DNA from: Nageia nagi
Lineage: Eukaryota > Plantae > Pinophyta
Length of the DNA stretch: 64,000 nt
Direction of reading: 5' to 3'
Assembly: GCA_050084985.1 (NCBI GenBank)
Contig: JBITNC010000001.1
Span: 152,892,001 to 152,956,000, forward strand
Every line of letters begins with the position of its first letter. The first letter of the stretch is position 1. A program made the translations under genes and the position numbers. Shown in pieces: positions 51,168 through 64,000 of this stretch. Under the pieces are notes generated by a model. It saw only the letters and a list, made by a program, of their open reading frames with translations, was not told the origin of the DNA and searched no databases.

Positions 51168-53639
51168 TGACAATTAATTGCTAGATTGTTCTATTTATTT
51201 CATGAATGAACAAATGCATGTATAGTTCTAGAATAGATCTAGAAAACATAATGAGTTGTTGAGTATGATATTTTGAAGATAAATACAACTAAGACAAACT
51301 ATATGTGGCACTTTTGATCACTACAAGATAAATAGTTTGTTATAATAAATCATATTTTAAATACTAGATTTAGAATATATTAAGACTAGAACTTAGAGAA
51401 AATATTAGGAAGCTTAATATTCCAACATTATCCCCCTTGATGCTAAGGAACTCTTTCATGAGTTCATAAGAATCACAAAGTTGGAAGAAACACAATCATT
51501 TACATTTCTTCCAATCTTGAATAAAAAAATCAAAAGTTTCAAAGTGTTGTCTTGGGGAACTCCTTCCATCATTTATGTGGGATCTCCTCCATATTGGATG
51601 TATCTCCTTCATCATGAAAATGCTTGAGTGTCTTCTTTTGTTGATTATATCCCCCTTCAACAAAAACTCTTTAATTGTGGTCTTCAATGATTCTCTCTCT
51701 TCTTCTTTATGTTCTTTGAACCATGTTTGCAAGTAGTTCTCTTTTACATCACCCCTTACCAAGGCTTTACATGCACTATTTGGATCCATATGACCCAAGT
51801 CTCTCATCATTATTTTCACAAAAGAAAGGTCTTCTCTTTCCTTTATCTTCAAATGATCTTCTATCCATCATTGTAGCCTCAAACCTATTTTCAACACATC
51901 TATCCATCAAATAGTCAACAATTAAAATATCATTACCTTTGATTAGTTGAGTATATATACCTTATTTTGTGCTTCCCATCAAGCTATATGGCTGCAAATA
52001 TCCATCTATTATTTCTTTTGAAGTAACCATCATTGACTCTTCCACAACAAAAGTCCTCATGATTCTTCTACCATTGTTGCCTTGACAAGGTAACTTACAT
52101 TCTTCTTTTCTATTACTCCAAATGAGTGATCTTCTTCTCCAACAATTGATGCCTCCAAAGTCATCACAAATTGAAGTTCACCAATCTTGGTTTCTTCTCT
52201 TTTTTCTATCTTATTTGCTTTCTCATCTTCCACCTCCCAAATGAGATAATCTTATATGCTCTTTTCTTCACACACCATATCATTCACTCTTGATGAGTGA
52301 TCTTCAAACATAGAGCTTATAACCTCCATCTCATCTTCATAAATGTTTTCATCTCATCTTCATAAATGTTTTCATGTGGATCCTCATCCCACATAACCTG
52401 ATCCCTCATATGCCTTATGTGACACACGATGGCTCCTAAAATTCTGCATGGCCTCCTCGTTTACGAATATGACAACTTTGTCGTTGCTGAACTTCAAGCT
52501 CTCTATCTTCTACGTGGACGCCACCAATGGACGTCTTTCTTCTCTTCACCTCTCAATTGTTTCTCCCCACAACGTACCCTTTCCAGCAACACTTCTTTTT
52601 TTTAATCTGCAACCTATCTCTTTTGTAGTATTCTTTAACAGGTTATGAGTCTTAAACTTACGCTTTCCTTCCTTATAGATCTCACAACAGATCCGTAGCT
52701 CCCTCCAGCTTCTATACATGCATCTCTAGACTCCATATAAGCTAGTTACATATCAAAGTATTTGACAGTCTTTACCTCTGTGTTGGCATGTTAGTCTCCT
52801 CGCAGCACTCCTCAAACTTCATTTGTCTTACTCCTTTCCCGGATGTAGCTATGTATACCTCTACGCAGATTACTTCTCCTCAGTGCATAACTTCATTCCC
52901 TACGCTCTCCTCATGCCCAATTTTGGTGGCAAGATCAGTTCTTCTCTGTGTGGATCAACAATCCCTTCATGCAGTTTATACTGTAGTCTTCTCTTGTTTC
53001 ACAGAGTCTTCCTAGGTGGACTGATTCATACCTAGCACCTCTATTTGCACAGGAAGCATTTGCTCCTCTTCAACAACGATCACATCATGCGCCACTCTCT
53101 GTTTTACCTCATTTGTTAAATCTCCACGAGAGGCCTCTATTTATCTTTACGGATCGCCTCCTCACGCGGTTTGGCTCTTCACGCGGATCACCTCGTCATG
53201 CGTGGGCTTCCTTTACTCTTTAAAGATTGCACAAATGTAAGTAACACTCAATATATTTGGCCCTTTCTCTACCACAGCCTCTCAATGGCATAATACACCA
53301 ATAGGCCCTTAAGAATTTTTAAGTCAAGGTTTTCTTTAACTCTTTGGATCAAACATGTTGTGATATCAAATAAGAAACAATTGCTAGATTATTCTAATTA
53401 TTTCATGAATGAGCAAATACATATATAGTTTTAGAATAGATCTAGAAAACACAATGAGTTGTTGAGAATCATAATTTCAAGACAAATACAACTTAAACCC
53501 AACTAAGACACACTATACATAGCATTTTTGATTGCTACAACAAATAGTTTGTTACAATAAATCATATTTTAAATACCAGACTTAGAATATACTAGAACTA
53601 GGACTTGGGGAATATATTAAGAAGCTTAATATTCCAACA
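51168..53639 (-). mobile_element. 2.5 kb non-autonomous LTR element (TRIM/LARD-like) nested upstream of the CRM protease active site
   Basis: ~265 bp LTRs at 51168-51427 and 53371-53639, PPT AAGGGGGATAA (minus, 51428-51438), degenerate PBS at 53357-53368, no gag/pol motifs. The host sequence GCATCT|TRTGCAAAAA resumes after it; the TSD is imperfect. Confidence 0.88.
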
Positions 53640-56051
53640 TTTTGTGCAAAAAATATTATTACATAACCAAGAATCTCCACCATCTTTTTCTTGCATGTTT
53701 ATCTTCTCTGGAACAATAAGGTTTCTCACATGAGAGTTTCACCCATGTCTGCACTAACTTCTATCTCATTTTTTTCCTCTTCTTCAACTAGAACAACCTT
53801 GTCTTATCCCCTCTCTTCAGCATCATACTAAGGACATTTAGATGCTTTATGACCTTCTTCTCTACATCTATAATAGATGAATGGTTTCCATGGTCCATTC
53901 CCTATCTTGCCTCCATAATTATCACTTCTTCTCAAATATCCTCTTCCTCTTTGGAAGGTTTCTTAACCTTATCCCGATTCTCCTATTTGGAAAATATTGA
54001 AGATTCTCCTTTAGCAAAATTAGATCCACCATGCCCTCGATTTGAAGAGGGTGTTGATCCTTTCTTTCCCCCTCTACTAATCCTCTTAAGCTTATAATCA
54101 AATTTTAGGTCCATTTGTTATGCATTCTCTATAGTAAGAGTATAATGCATACTTATCTCATCTTGAATATAAATAACTTGTAGAACTCATTGGTGTAATC
54201 TTCGATGCTCTATTCCTTTCATCAAAGATTTTAGAATCTATGAAACAAGATTTGAGAATAATCTATAGGAACAAATTTCTCTTACAACTTCATCTTATCC
54301 CAAGCCCTAATCTATCACTTTCCCCTTTCTCTATCATGAAGCCTATAGATGATCCCACCAAATCAATCCATTGCATGCAAGCTTCACATTATTATCCTTA
54401 GTAAGACTACTCTATTCCAACTACTTCTCCATGCTATTTACCTAATCAATCAACTCCTCTGGTTTCAACCCATCAACATACTCAAGAACCTTGATCTTAT
54501 TCCCATCTCAATTTCCTTTTAGCCTTTCCAAGGCTTGGATTAGGCTATTTTCAAAGCATTGTTTTGTTATTGCAATACATCTCGGTTATTCCTCAACCTC
54601 AACATTAGGTCCATCTTCCCCACACCTGCTCTCACCATCAGATCCCATATTTGGGGGTTCATTAGGTCTTCACTCCCCCATGCGATTAATTGCATTAGTT
54701 AACCATGTTATTTTTGCATGCAGATCCTCTATTTACCTATTCATATGAGCATAAGCACCTTCTACACCTCTACCTACAACTCTAGCTTGTCTTCTAGGTA
54801 GCATATTCCCTCTATTGGCAAGATCACACCTGCTTTGATACCAAATGATGTGGATTTAGCTGCAAGAGACCAACAAAATGGACTCTAATCATGTAATACA
54901 AATACAATATAATAGAGGAAATCTACAAAATAATATTCTTCTCATTGCTAAATTCACACTACTTTTCCAAGAGAATACAATCTATCATATAACAACTGAA
55001 AATTAAAGAAACCTTAAATAAATCCTAAAAACATATTTTTCTAAAAATAGCTAAAAATAGAAATGAGTTGGATTACACCCAATTTAGCATACACATCTCT
55101 CTTATAATAATAAACCTTAATTTAAAACATCATGACTCAACTTAATGTATAATACAAGATATTAAATTTCTAAAATATAAAAAATCCTAAAAAATATAGG
55201 AACATAAACTAAAAGCTAATTAACAGAAACCTCTAAGTAAACTATATCTAAATTCTTGATAAGTACTAAAATGAGTATATATTCAAGATTATAAGAGTTT
55301 GTAAATTTACCCACAACTAATGGAACTAACTGATAGTATCATATTATTGAAAATGCAAATTAAGTCATTTGTAATTGGTTTTGATCTTCAAAAAGATTCT
55401 TCGAGATTACATCTATGTCATTTATATCAATCTAACTAATTTCTAACTAATCAATCATCACTTGGTTCTTTTATCATTTCTTGGATCTTCTTGGATAACT
55501 TCATGTTATGCTACACATATTCTAGCATTGAATTGTACTGTCGCATCATTCTATGAATTATCATTTTATTTTGAATCATTTTATAGGTTTTTGCTCCATT
55601 ATCTTTTTCATATTTATTCATCTTTTCATGGTCTAAGAAAAATATTGATGATGTCATTATTACTAAAGAATGATGAGCTTTCAATACTTTCATTAGTTTT
55701 CTTTTGTCATGATGTTGGATCGAAACTCATGATGTGATCCTTCAACAAGTGCAATCTTTATCTTTGAAAAATTGATTTTGTGATACGGCTAATTGAACTC
55801 TGATGTCATCATCTTGAAAATATAACAAGGTGACTTTATATGAGGAAACATACCTTTTTATGGTCTAGTAATCCATTTGAAGACATAGATAGATGGAAAC
55901 TAAAACATTATGAAAATTAGCTCTCAACTTTCCAATCATGTGCGGTAGTGTTGAAGTTGTTGTCATGATTGCAAAATATGGCATATGAGAAAGCTCTCCT
56001 AAACTTAGGCTACTAAGTTCAAAAACAAGCTAATACCCTTTATTGTAAAAA

Positions 56052-56092
56052 TGTGTGTGTGCATGTATGTGTGTGTGTGTGTGTGTGTGTGT
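56052..56092. repeat. (TG)n microsatellite, imperfect
   Basis: Direct reading. Confidence 0.95.
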
Positions 56093-56093
56093 A

Positions 56094-56878
56094 TTAGGGT
56101 ATTTTTCTTAAAACCCCATTTTTGTGCATATCATGCAATCATTAAGGACAATAAAATTATGTTTACATCATACATCTTATCAAATAATTCACAAGACTTG
56201 CATATTCTTCCATATTTTGCATGCATGTTGTAGGGCCTTTTTTGAAAATCCATTTTATGTATATCTTGCAATCATTACAAACCATTAAACTATTGTTGTA
56301 TCATGCATATTTTCAAAAACTTCTTGGTCGTATGTATTCTTCTTGCATACATCTTAGGGATATTTTTAGAAAACCCATTTTGTGTATATCTTGCAATCAT
56401 TATCTATCATTAAACTATGTTTGCATCAAGCATCTTGCCAAATTACTAGGCCTTGTATATGCTTCTATATTTTGCATACATATCTTAAGGCCTTTTTTAA
56501 AACCCCCATTTTATACATGTCATGCAATCATTGTAGACTATGATACTATGTTTGCATCATGCATTATATTAAATAATTCCTAGGCCTTATGTAATCTTCC
56601 ACATTTTGAATATAGATATTAGAGTCTATTGTGCATATTGTGAAATCATTTAAAACCATGAAATTATATTTGCATCATGCATCTTATCAAACAATTCCAA
56701 GGCCTTTTATATTCTTCCATATTTTGCATAGATGTCTTAGGGTCTTTTTCAAAAAACCCATTTTTTATGTATCATGCAATTATTGTAAACCATGAAACTA
56801 TTTTTTCATCATGCATCTTGTTAAACAATTTTTTAGCCTTGTGTATTCTTCATTATTTTGCATGCATATCTATTAGGG
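56094..56878. repeat. Diverged tandem repeat, about six units of 120-136 bp
   Basis: Recurring TAGGG...AAAACCCATTTT...TGCAATCATT...TGCATCATGCATCTT...TATTCTTCCATATTTTGCAT, with units starting near 56094, 56230, 56354, 56485, 56619 and 56737. Confidence 0.85.
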
Positions 56879-58045
56879 AATTAAAAACTATAACATTTTA
56901 TTTACAAGCACCAAGTAGAAACATCCATATTCCCAATTTATATTTTATGGATATTTTGTAAGTAAAATTCAAATATCTCAAGATAGCCTATATGATCAAT
57001 AAGGTCAACAATGCATGTATAATGATTCATCTTACGAATAATGATTTAACTTATTACTTTTAGTCTAATTGTACAACCATGAAAAAAGAAAATTTATAAC
57101 TTTTTGATAAGTTTGTTATAACAATCATATCAACATTTGGGCTATATTTTTAGAAATAAAGATTATGCAATGTAGATGGAACATGAACAAACACATAAGA
57201 ATAATAAGATCCAAATATTCTCTACAATTTAAATCAAAAACCTAGATAATGTCATTATCCCTAGTTAATAAGCATGCCCTTTTATCAAGTATAGACTTTA
57301 GTGTCCTCTCCTATCCTTACATGGAAATTAAAATCTTAGATAAATTTACAATAACACATAATAAAAACTAAGTCAACTATTTTAAATGATAAATAATATT
57401 TGTACATTATTTGATGGCTCTAGGTTAGCAGATATTGAGCTAATGTTTGTGCTTTGTAATAAAGGGGTAGGTTATTCTAAAATGTCTTATGGAATTATAT
57501 GTAAGGGATCAATACAACTTTAGGGGTGCAACATGTAAGCATTTCAAATTGCATATTGTTCAATCATTGTAATCCATGAAATTGTGTCCATGTCATGTAT
57601 ATCATACATTTTGTATACATGTATATCATGTTTTGTAAGCATTTTGATAATGAAGTTAAACAATTCCTCAAGAGATCCTATATGGGCAAGAAGGTCAATG
57701 ATGAATATAATGATTCATCCCAAGAATAATACAATAAGAGTCACTCATTCTATTAAATTATTTATAGCCTTAACCCATTATACATGCATGGTTGCATGCA
57801 AGTATAATATCATTAATACCATTGGGATTCTTCAAGTGCTTCATCATATTAAAGAGTCTAATATCATTAATACCTACATTACTACATGGAGATAATACAC
57901 TCCTTCATTGTTTTCTTTATAATGAGCCTGTACAGGGACATACTTTTTTATGTAGAAAAGAAATTATTTCTTAGCATAGATCAAAGTTAAATTTTATCTT
58001 TCCTATGATGTGGCCAAGTATAAGGAGAGTTTTTTGTCAAAGATC

Positions 58046-61000
58046 ATGGATAAAACATGGCTACAAGAACCTATAAATAATGATGAATTTGTACATGGGG
58101 TTGAGAAAATGATTAATTTTATAATAAACTAAAATAATTAGATGTCCATGTTGAATGTGCTAAAATATGAAAACTCTTGGTTTTGAGGATCTTCTTGAGT
58201 GCTTATTTTTTAATGGAATTGGTAAGATATATATTGATTTTTTTGCATAGAGAAAAATGATATAATTTTTACCAATATGGATCAAATGCATGCACTTCCA
58301 TGGATGAATGTACAAATATAAAATGTGTATAAGATGATATCACCACAATGGTTAATATCAATTACTCAAAGAGAGGAAAATAACTACAAGATAATCATAT
58401 CGAGTTATAATATACTATTGATGAATTTTGTAGCATGGTAAGATATGATGATAAAAAACCATTATACCTAGGATATACAAAGTAGATATAACTAGTTATA
58501 ATAGCTATATCATACTAGCTCAAAGCAAAAGATAACTAGTCATATGAAGGATTTAGTGAGATATTATAGTTGTTAAAAGTTATGCCCATAATTGGTAATA
58601 TCATTCCAAATTCCCTATATGTAGTGAAGAAAATGTTGATGTTATTGGGATTAGATTATTTAATTATGCATGTATGTCAAAATTATTGTATTTTATATTG
58701 GAAAGATTATGAAAATGATGAGGCATTCAAAAAATATGGTTCACCTCGATTGAAAGTTGATCCTTGTCCAAAAAGTAAATAAAAAACTAAGGTTTCTATG
58801 AAGTTGTTGAAGTATTTCCCCATCATACCAAATTGGAAGATAAATTATAGGTAAGGAATAATATTATACCATCAAATTTGTCATATTTATTTCTTTCAAC
58901 ATTGTTAGTTCAAGATTAAGTGAGTTACTTTCTTCTTATAGATCAAATAATGCATGAATTATAAAAGAAATGCATGGGTTCAACCCTTTTTCTTACTTTA
59001 GTTCTCATTATTGTTGCTAGCCTATTTTGTTGTTCACATACAACCTACAACCATGGATGTGAATCAAGAGGAAGTATTCAATTATTAGCTTATTAATACC
59101 TATACCTTGGCAACCATGTAATTTTATTGATATTTATCTATAACCATTGGTTGATTACTTGCATAAAATATAGACTAAAGGAGTACAAATATATGATGCA
59201 TTTTAGAATACCACATTCATTATGAGAGCAATAATGATGTGGGTTATTCATTATTTACCTTCTTATGAAAACTTTCCAATATCAATGAAAAAGGGATTCT
59301 TAGCATGTCTAGTATATAAGGAGAAAATCTATAATAGCTTAGTGGCAGTCATAAGACCATTTACATTGGCCAATAGAATATTCCTTCTTAAATATCATTT
59401 ATTTATATATTAGAATTCAACTTTTAGTAACTAATAATACTGGATTAAAGCACTAATCCATTTAATTAGAAAGGAAATAATATAAAAAGTATAAGAAATC
59501 CTACCAATTTATGGAAAGAGCATGTCCAAAAGGAAATGTAAGAAGGATGGTGGTAGCACTACAATATGGAAGAAGAAATATATATTATTCAATCTATTGT
59601 ATTAGGAGAAATGATAATAAATTTCATTTATGTATTAATTTATTATTATATCTCTCAATGTTAAGTAATTTAGTTTCATATTTCTATCTATGAACCACAT
59701 CTTTTAGTTTATCACCTCTTGGATGTGATGTATGTGGAGAATAATATCTACAGAAGCTTGTTTTGGATATTATTAGGTATTTAAGTAAGAGAACATGATT
59801 GCATAAACTTGCATGATAATCTAAGAAATATAAAGATTAGAAAACCATTATATCTAGTAATCAACAAACATATAATATATCTTCAAGCAACTCCTAACAA
59901 TCTATTAAAGGTTGAGTAATAAAGGGTCTGTCAAATATTTTACAATATAAAGGTACATGATAGATATAGTTCAAATATTAGCAAATATGTCTCCATTAAA
60001 GAACTTGTGATATCCAATTTGAAATCAATTTTTTTTTTATGTTCTCATCCATTACCTTCTTCCAATACTACAACATGTGCTTGAAAAACTAACATAAAAA
60101 AATATTTGTAATTTGTGCATGTTCTACTGGAATATATGCAATAAAGTGATAAATCCATTGAAAATGGATAAATTAGAGGAAGATATCATGAATACCTTAT
60201 ATTTTCTTGAAAATTACTTCTATGTGGACCTATACAATATCAATGGATATACCCTTTCAAGAGGTTTATATGTATTCATTGGTTTCATAAATAATCATTT
60301 TTATAATTTTTGCATGGTATATGATCAAAATAAAAACTTATTTTCTTTTTCAAAATTTTGAAGATTTATAAGGGCTATGTAAAGAATTGAGTTAGGCCTA
60401 AAGGTTGTATTATTGAATGACATGTCATCAAGAAACCTATTTCATTCTATGCAAAATATGTGAGATAAATATAAGAAATTGGTTGCAATGAGGTAGGGAG
60501 TGATAAAGAAGAAGAAAATATAGTTTATGGGAGTCCAACATCCACTAACAAAATCTTTAATTTAGACCAAGTTTCTCTCAATAAATCCCATTTATACATT
60601 TTCCTTTACATGGATGAATTTTAACCTTGGGAAGAGTAAGTATTTATTTATTATTTATGGTAAAATATTACTTAGATCAAATTTTACTTGATAAAGTTTG
60701 GTTCAAATTAGGAAGGACAATAAGAGTGATAAGGAATCCAACCCTTGTATAGAGAGAGATGAAATGGGGTTGTAAAAAATTCATATTCAAACAATCATCC
60801 CTTTGCTAGAAAATTAGGTTATTATTCTCTATTGAATACAAACTTTAATATATTGATAATAATGTAATGCTTTGTAATAATATTCAAAATTTTATTCTTT
60901 GTTTCATTTTTATGGAGATGAATAATGATGATGAATAATATAATAAAATGGTTAGCACATGGTTTGAGTCAAGATATAACAAAAATTTTAGGTTATTTGA

Positions 61001-61260
61001 TCAATAATTATATATGTAATTATAAATACATAAATGAAAAAAGAACAACTCAAAATAATGATGTGTGTGTTGTTGCAATTATCAAGTGTAGATCAAACAT
61101 AAAATAGAAAAATATGAATAATCACATATTATAGTGTTATAATGAAATAATTTTATTGAATTACATTAGTTTCAATACCCCCTATTGAAATGTGATAGGA
61201 TGAATGTTCTTGATAATAAGAGTGGATGTAAAAATTATGAAATGGGCTTAAAACTTACAT
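58046..61260 (+). pseudogene. CACTA (En/Spm) TNP2/TnpD-like transposase, degraded
   Basis: MDKTW..EFVHGVE..IRCPC, LGLDYLIMHVCQNYCILY, KYFPIIP, YNLQPWM, MRAIMMWVIHYLPSY, LDVMYVENN, YSSNISK, GPIQYQWIYPF, KGYVKN*VRPKGCI, WLAHG..GYLINNY..TTQNNDV occur in canonical TNP2 order. Confidence 0.9.
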
Positions 61261-61710
61261 GAATGAGAAGCTACAAACAAGTATGTATACTAAGACTTAA
61301 CATAAAGTTGTTCACAATGAGCATAGTTCAAAAGATCCACTAACAATTATAGAAATGATTCCTATAATGAAAAAGACTTCATAGGATTAATTTAACTAAT
61401 TAAAAACTAGTAGGATTATGTAGCTTATATACATGTATCCTTCCAAAAAAAGAAAATTTACATTCACCAAACCATGGATCACTACTACAACCATCCCCTA
61501 TACATGAGTCTTATGTTTAGTTTTATAAACATAAATAACAAGTACACAACATAATAAACAATTTGCATTTTTGAAGTGTTAATAACACAACATTTTCAAT
61601 CATGGAGTCTTTAAACAAAATGCTCGTTCAATAAACTTAATATAACAAAAGTTTGAATTATACAATCCCCATACTTCACTATATTATACAAGGTCATAGC
61701 CCAAAGGTTC

Positions 61711-63522
61711 TGTAAGTATCAGTAGAAAGAACCTTTTAATAACTTATATACAAAATTACATCATGTAAAAACCAATATTTTTCACAAGACTATAATTACA
61801 ACTAAAGATGTTGTAGCTAAAATACTTAAGGTTTCAGATCACATAATTTCTTAAACCTTGTCTAGATTCTCAATGCCCTATAGAAGGTCCTAAAATTGAA
61901 GATATAAAGGTGATATTGAAATCATAGTAAGCATTATTCAATGTTCAACTTGCAAGTTTTCATATTGTTAGCCACATAATAAACCTAAGCATTGTTCAAA
62001 ATTTCCATGCATATTATTCAATAATAATTAAATTTATTAATTAATTATCATTATTCATATAATTTATTTCTTTTATATTAGGTTTTAGTTCAATTTTAGA
62101 CTCCTATGATAACAACTTGATAGGTAGACATGTAATCAAACCCTAATCGCTCCCAAGAAAATAACCCAAGTTTTGGTTTTCAATTTAAATTATGTTGTAG
62201 TTAAAAGTAATTTGAAATTTTCCATCTCATTAAATGAAATTTGGATACAAATGTTTGCAATGTAAAGCCAATGCAGAGTTCCTTGAGTTTTAGCATAAAG
62301 CATTTGCAATTATATGCAAAAATGAACAATATTCCTTTACAATGCAAATCTGCTTTCATAATATATATACAAATAATAAGAATATAGCATTCATAGTTAC
62401 CATTTCCATACAGAAATAAATTTTCATTAATGATTACATAATATTAAACTAGAATGCAAAGTATATGTATTATTTTAAATGATTCTATAGGCTTGACTAT
62501 GTAAACTAGCAATAATCAAAGTTAAAGGAGTGTTCATGAAACCCTACTTACCCAATAGTTTAGCCAAAACTAGTTAAACATCCAAGACTTAGGTAATAGC
62601 TACCTATGCTCAAGAAGACATAGAAACACCCAAGTATCACCTACACACAAGTTCCAGAACTCCCACTCCAAGTTGAATGATACTAAGAAAGATCTCTCAA
62701 GAAGAGGAATATCTTCTTACAATATATCAATATGGAGGGATAACAAAATACATATTTTTATAGTAAAAAGTATACCATTGGAGGAAATACCATAGCCTAG
62801 ATAAAGCCCTATATTTTCATAGTACAATGTGAGAAATCACTACAAAATAATCCTCAAATAAAATAATCATGAAGGTTGTACTTCCTATCAAGACTCCTCC
62901 CACAAATAACAAAAGGGAGCTCAACAAACCACTCCTAAACATCATGATGATGAAACTCCAATAGAACATTCCCTCATGAGACCTCTCAACAACTACCAAA
63001 AGCACTACAAGATACAATGGAATATTTTCTTTAGGGTTTCAACATAACATTCCTTCTCAACTGTGATCCAAGGGCCATGTGGTGTTATCCATTCCCTTCC
63101 TTCTAGCACCCACCTATTTAGTCAAATACAAATATTATATTGTTTTCCAAAGTCCACCATGGTATTAGTTTCAATATATAGGAACTTAGGTTAGTATACC
63201 TTTTAGCTTAGTCTTAGGATAGTATTAGGTAAATAGAGTTGAGTTAGGTTTTAGAATATAGTCTAGGTTTAGATTAGGGTATTTAATCATAAGGAAACAC
63301 AATCACATTCTTATCGTAATGTTAGCAACTATTTGCTAATCCCTCTTTCAATTTATTTTTGTAGATTTAATACATCTAAATGTAGAAAATAACATTATCA
63401 CCTTGATCAAGATCCAACTTGAATTGATAGTCTTCTAAGTTTTTCCCCAAACCCTGCATAAAAGTTCATACAATCTAGATCTATAATTGAAAGAAAAAAA
63501 GGGAAAAGGGTGGTATGCAACA
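61711..63522 (-). repeat. Probable 3' LTR of a Tekay-like chromovirus
   Basis: Minus strand starts TGTTGCATACC after the tract AGAGGGCAAG and appears to end ...GATACTTACA at 61711, similar to the GGTATCTTACA end of the 15949-25535 element. The left boundary is less certain. Confidence 0.6.
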
Positions 63523-63589
63523 TACTTGCCCTCTAGGATTAGAATCAATTCCCTAAATTTGCATTTGTACTGAGAAATAAATCAGGAAA

Positions 63590-64000
63590 TTATTATCTCA
63601 TGTTACTAACATCTTCCCAAGTAGCATAATTTTCAAAATAAAGATTCCATTGCACCTTGCATTCTTGAATCTTTTAATTTTTGAGCATCCTTGAGAACAA
63701 ATCCAAAATTTTCATAGGTTTAACTTCTACAGAAAAGGATTATATCATTTGAAGTTTATCTACATTGCAAATATAGTTAGGATCTAGTACATACTTATTT
63801 AAGAGTGACACATGAAACACATATGCATATTTGATATGTTTGAAGGTAGTTCTAACTTGTAAACTACTGGATTGACTCTTTTAAGGATAGTAAAGGATCA
63901 AATGTATGTAACTACAAGTTTAATATATTTGATTGCACTTTTTATAAGATTGAATCTTAAGAACACCTTATTTCCTTCTTGAAACTCTATGATAGTTATT
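63590..64000 (-). pseudogene. Chromovirus integrase C-terminus and chromodomain
   Basis: Minus strand KIQECKVQWNLYFENYATWED, and upstream VVYKLELP...VFHVSLL. Confidence 0.85.

Larger units (their letters stand above)
46330..54815 (-). pseudogene. CRM-like gag-pol, copy 2, with duplicated integrase and nested insertion
   Basis: Colinear with copy 1. Integrase ORFs at 47291 and 48848 (SVDFMLG.PKTQ), chromodomain-like YNRYLI*WEGLPQSNNT near 46400. Interrupted at 51168-53639. Confidence 0.92.
37017..55221 (-). mobile_element. Tandem three-LTR Ty3 chromovirus (CRM-like) complex
   Basis: Related ~590 bp LTRs at ~37017-37599, 45744-46329 and 54846-55221 (truncated). iMet PBS at 45730-45741 (degenerate) and 54832-54843. 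Two gag-pol regions. Confidence 0.85.

Noticed and set aside
56051-56961. ORFs 56051, 56221 and 56677
   Set aside because: Translations of the microsatellite and tandem repeat.
57620-57900. Possible Ulp1-like protease remnant on the minus strand (INDIRLFNMMKHL)
   Set aside because: Catalytic Cys absent and similarity too weak to support.
61480-61490. CACTACTACAA as a CACTA terminal inverted repeat
   Set aside because: Wrong orientation for the 3' end of the upstream transposase; no partner TIR or 3 bp TSD found.

Overview
AT-rich, CpG-depleted plant intergenic DNA, most likely gymnosperm (inferred from the element lineages and PPR motif style). It contains no intact host gene and is almost entirely nested transposons. 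Left to right: (1) the 3' end of a Ty3 chromovirus (minus); (2) a split Tat-type Ty3 element (minus; gag-PR-aRNaseH-RT at about 30.3-26.3 kb, integrase end and an extra ORF at about 5.1-3.1 kb); (3) inserted in it, a relatively young Ty1/copia (5087-13961) and a non-autonomous LTR element, the latter carrying a full-length long-LTR Tekay-like chromovirus (15949-25535); (4) an unclassified ~3.8 kb repeat unit in several partial copies (30.6-41.5 kb); (5) a three-LTR tandem CRM-like element (37.0-55.2 kb) with an internal duplication and a nested 2.5 kb non-autonomous element; (6) a decayed CACTA transposase; (7) another chromovirus 3' end. The copia is the most unusual element. Its 3.2 kb leader holds a scrambled mosaic of PLS-class PPR gene fragments, and its 3' UTR holds an array of eight bulged hairpins, each containing a GTRAGT splice-donor motif and nested inside longer-range complementary arms. 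All alignments and translations were done by eye; coordinates of degraded parts are approximate.
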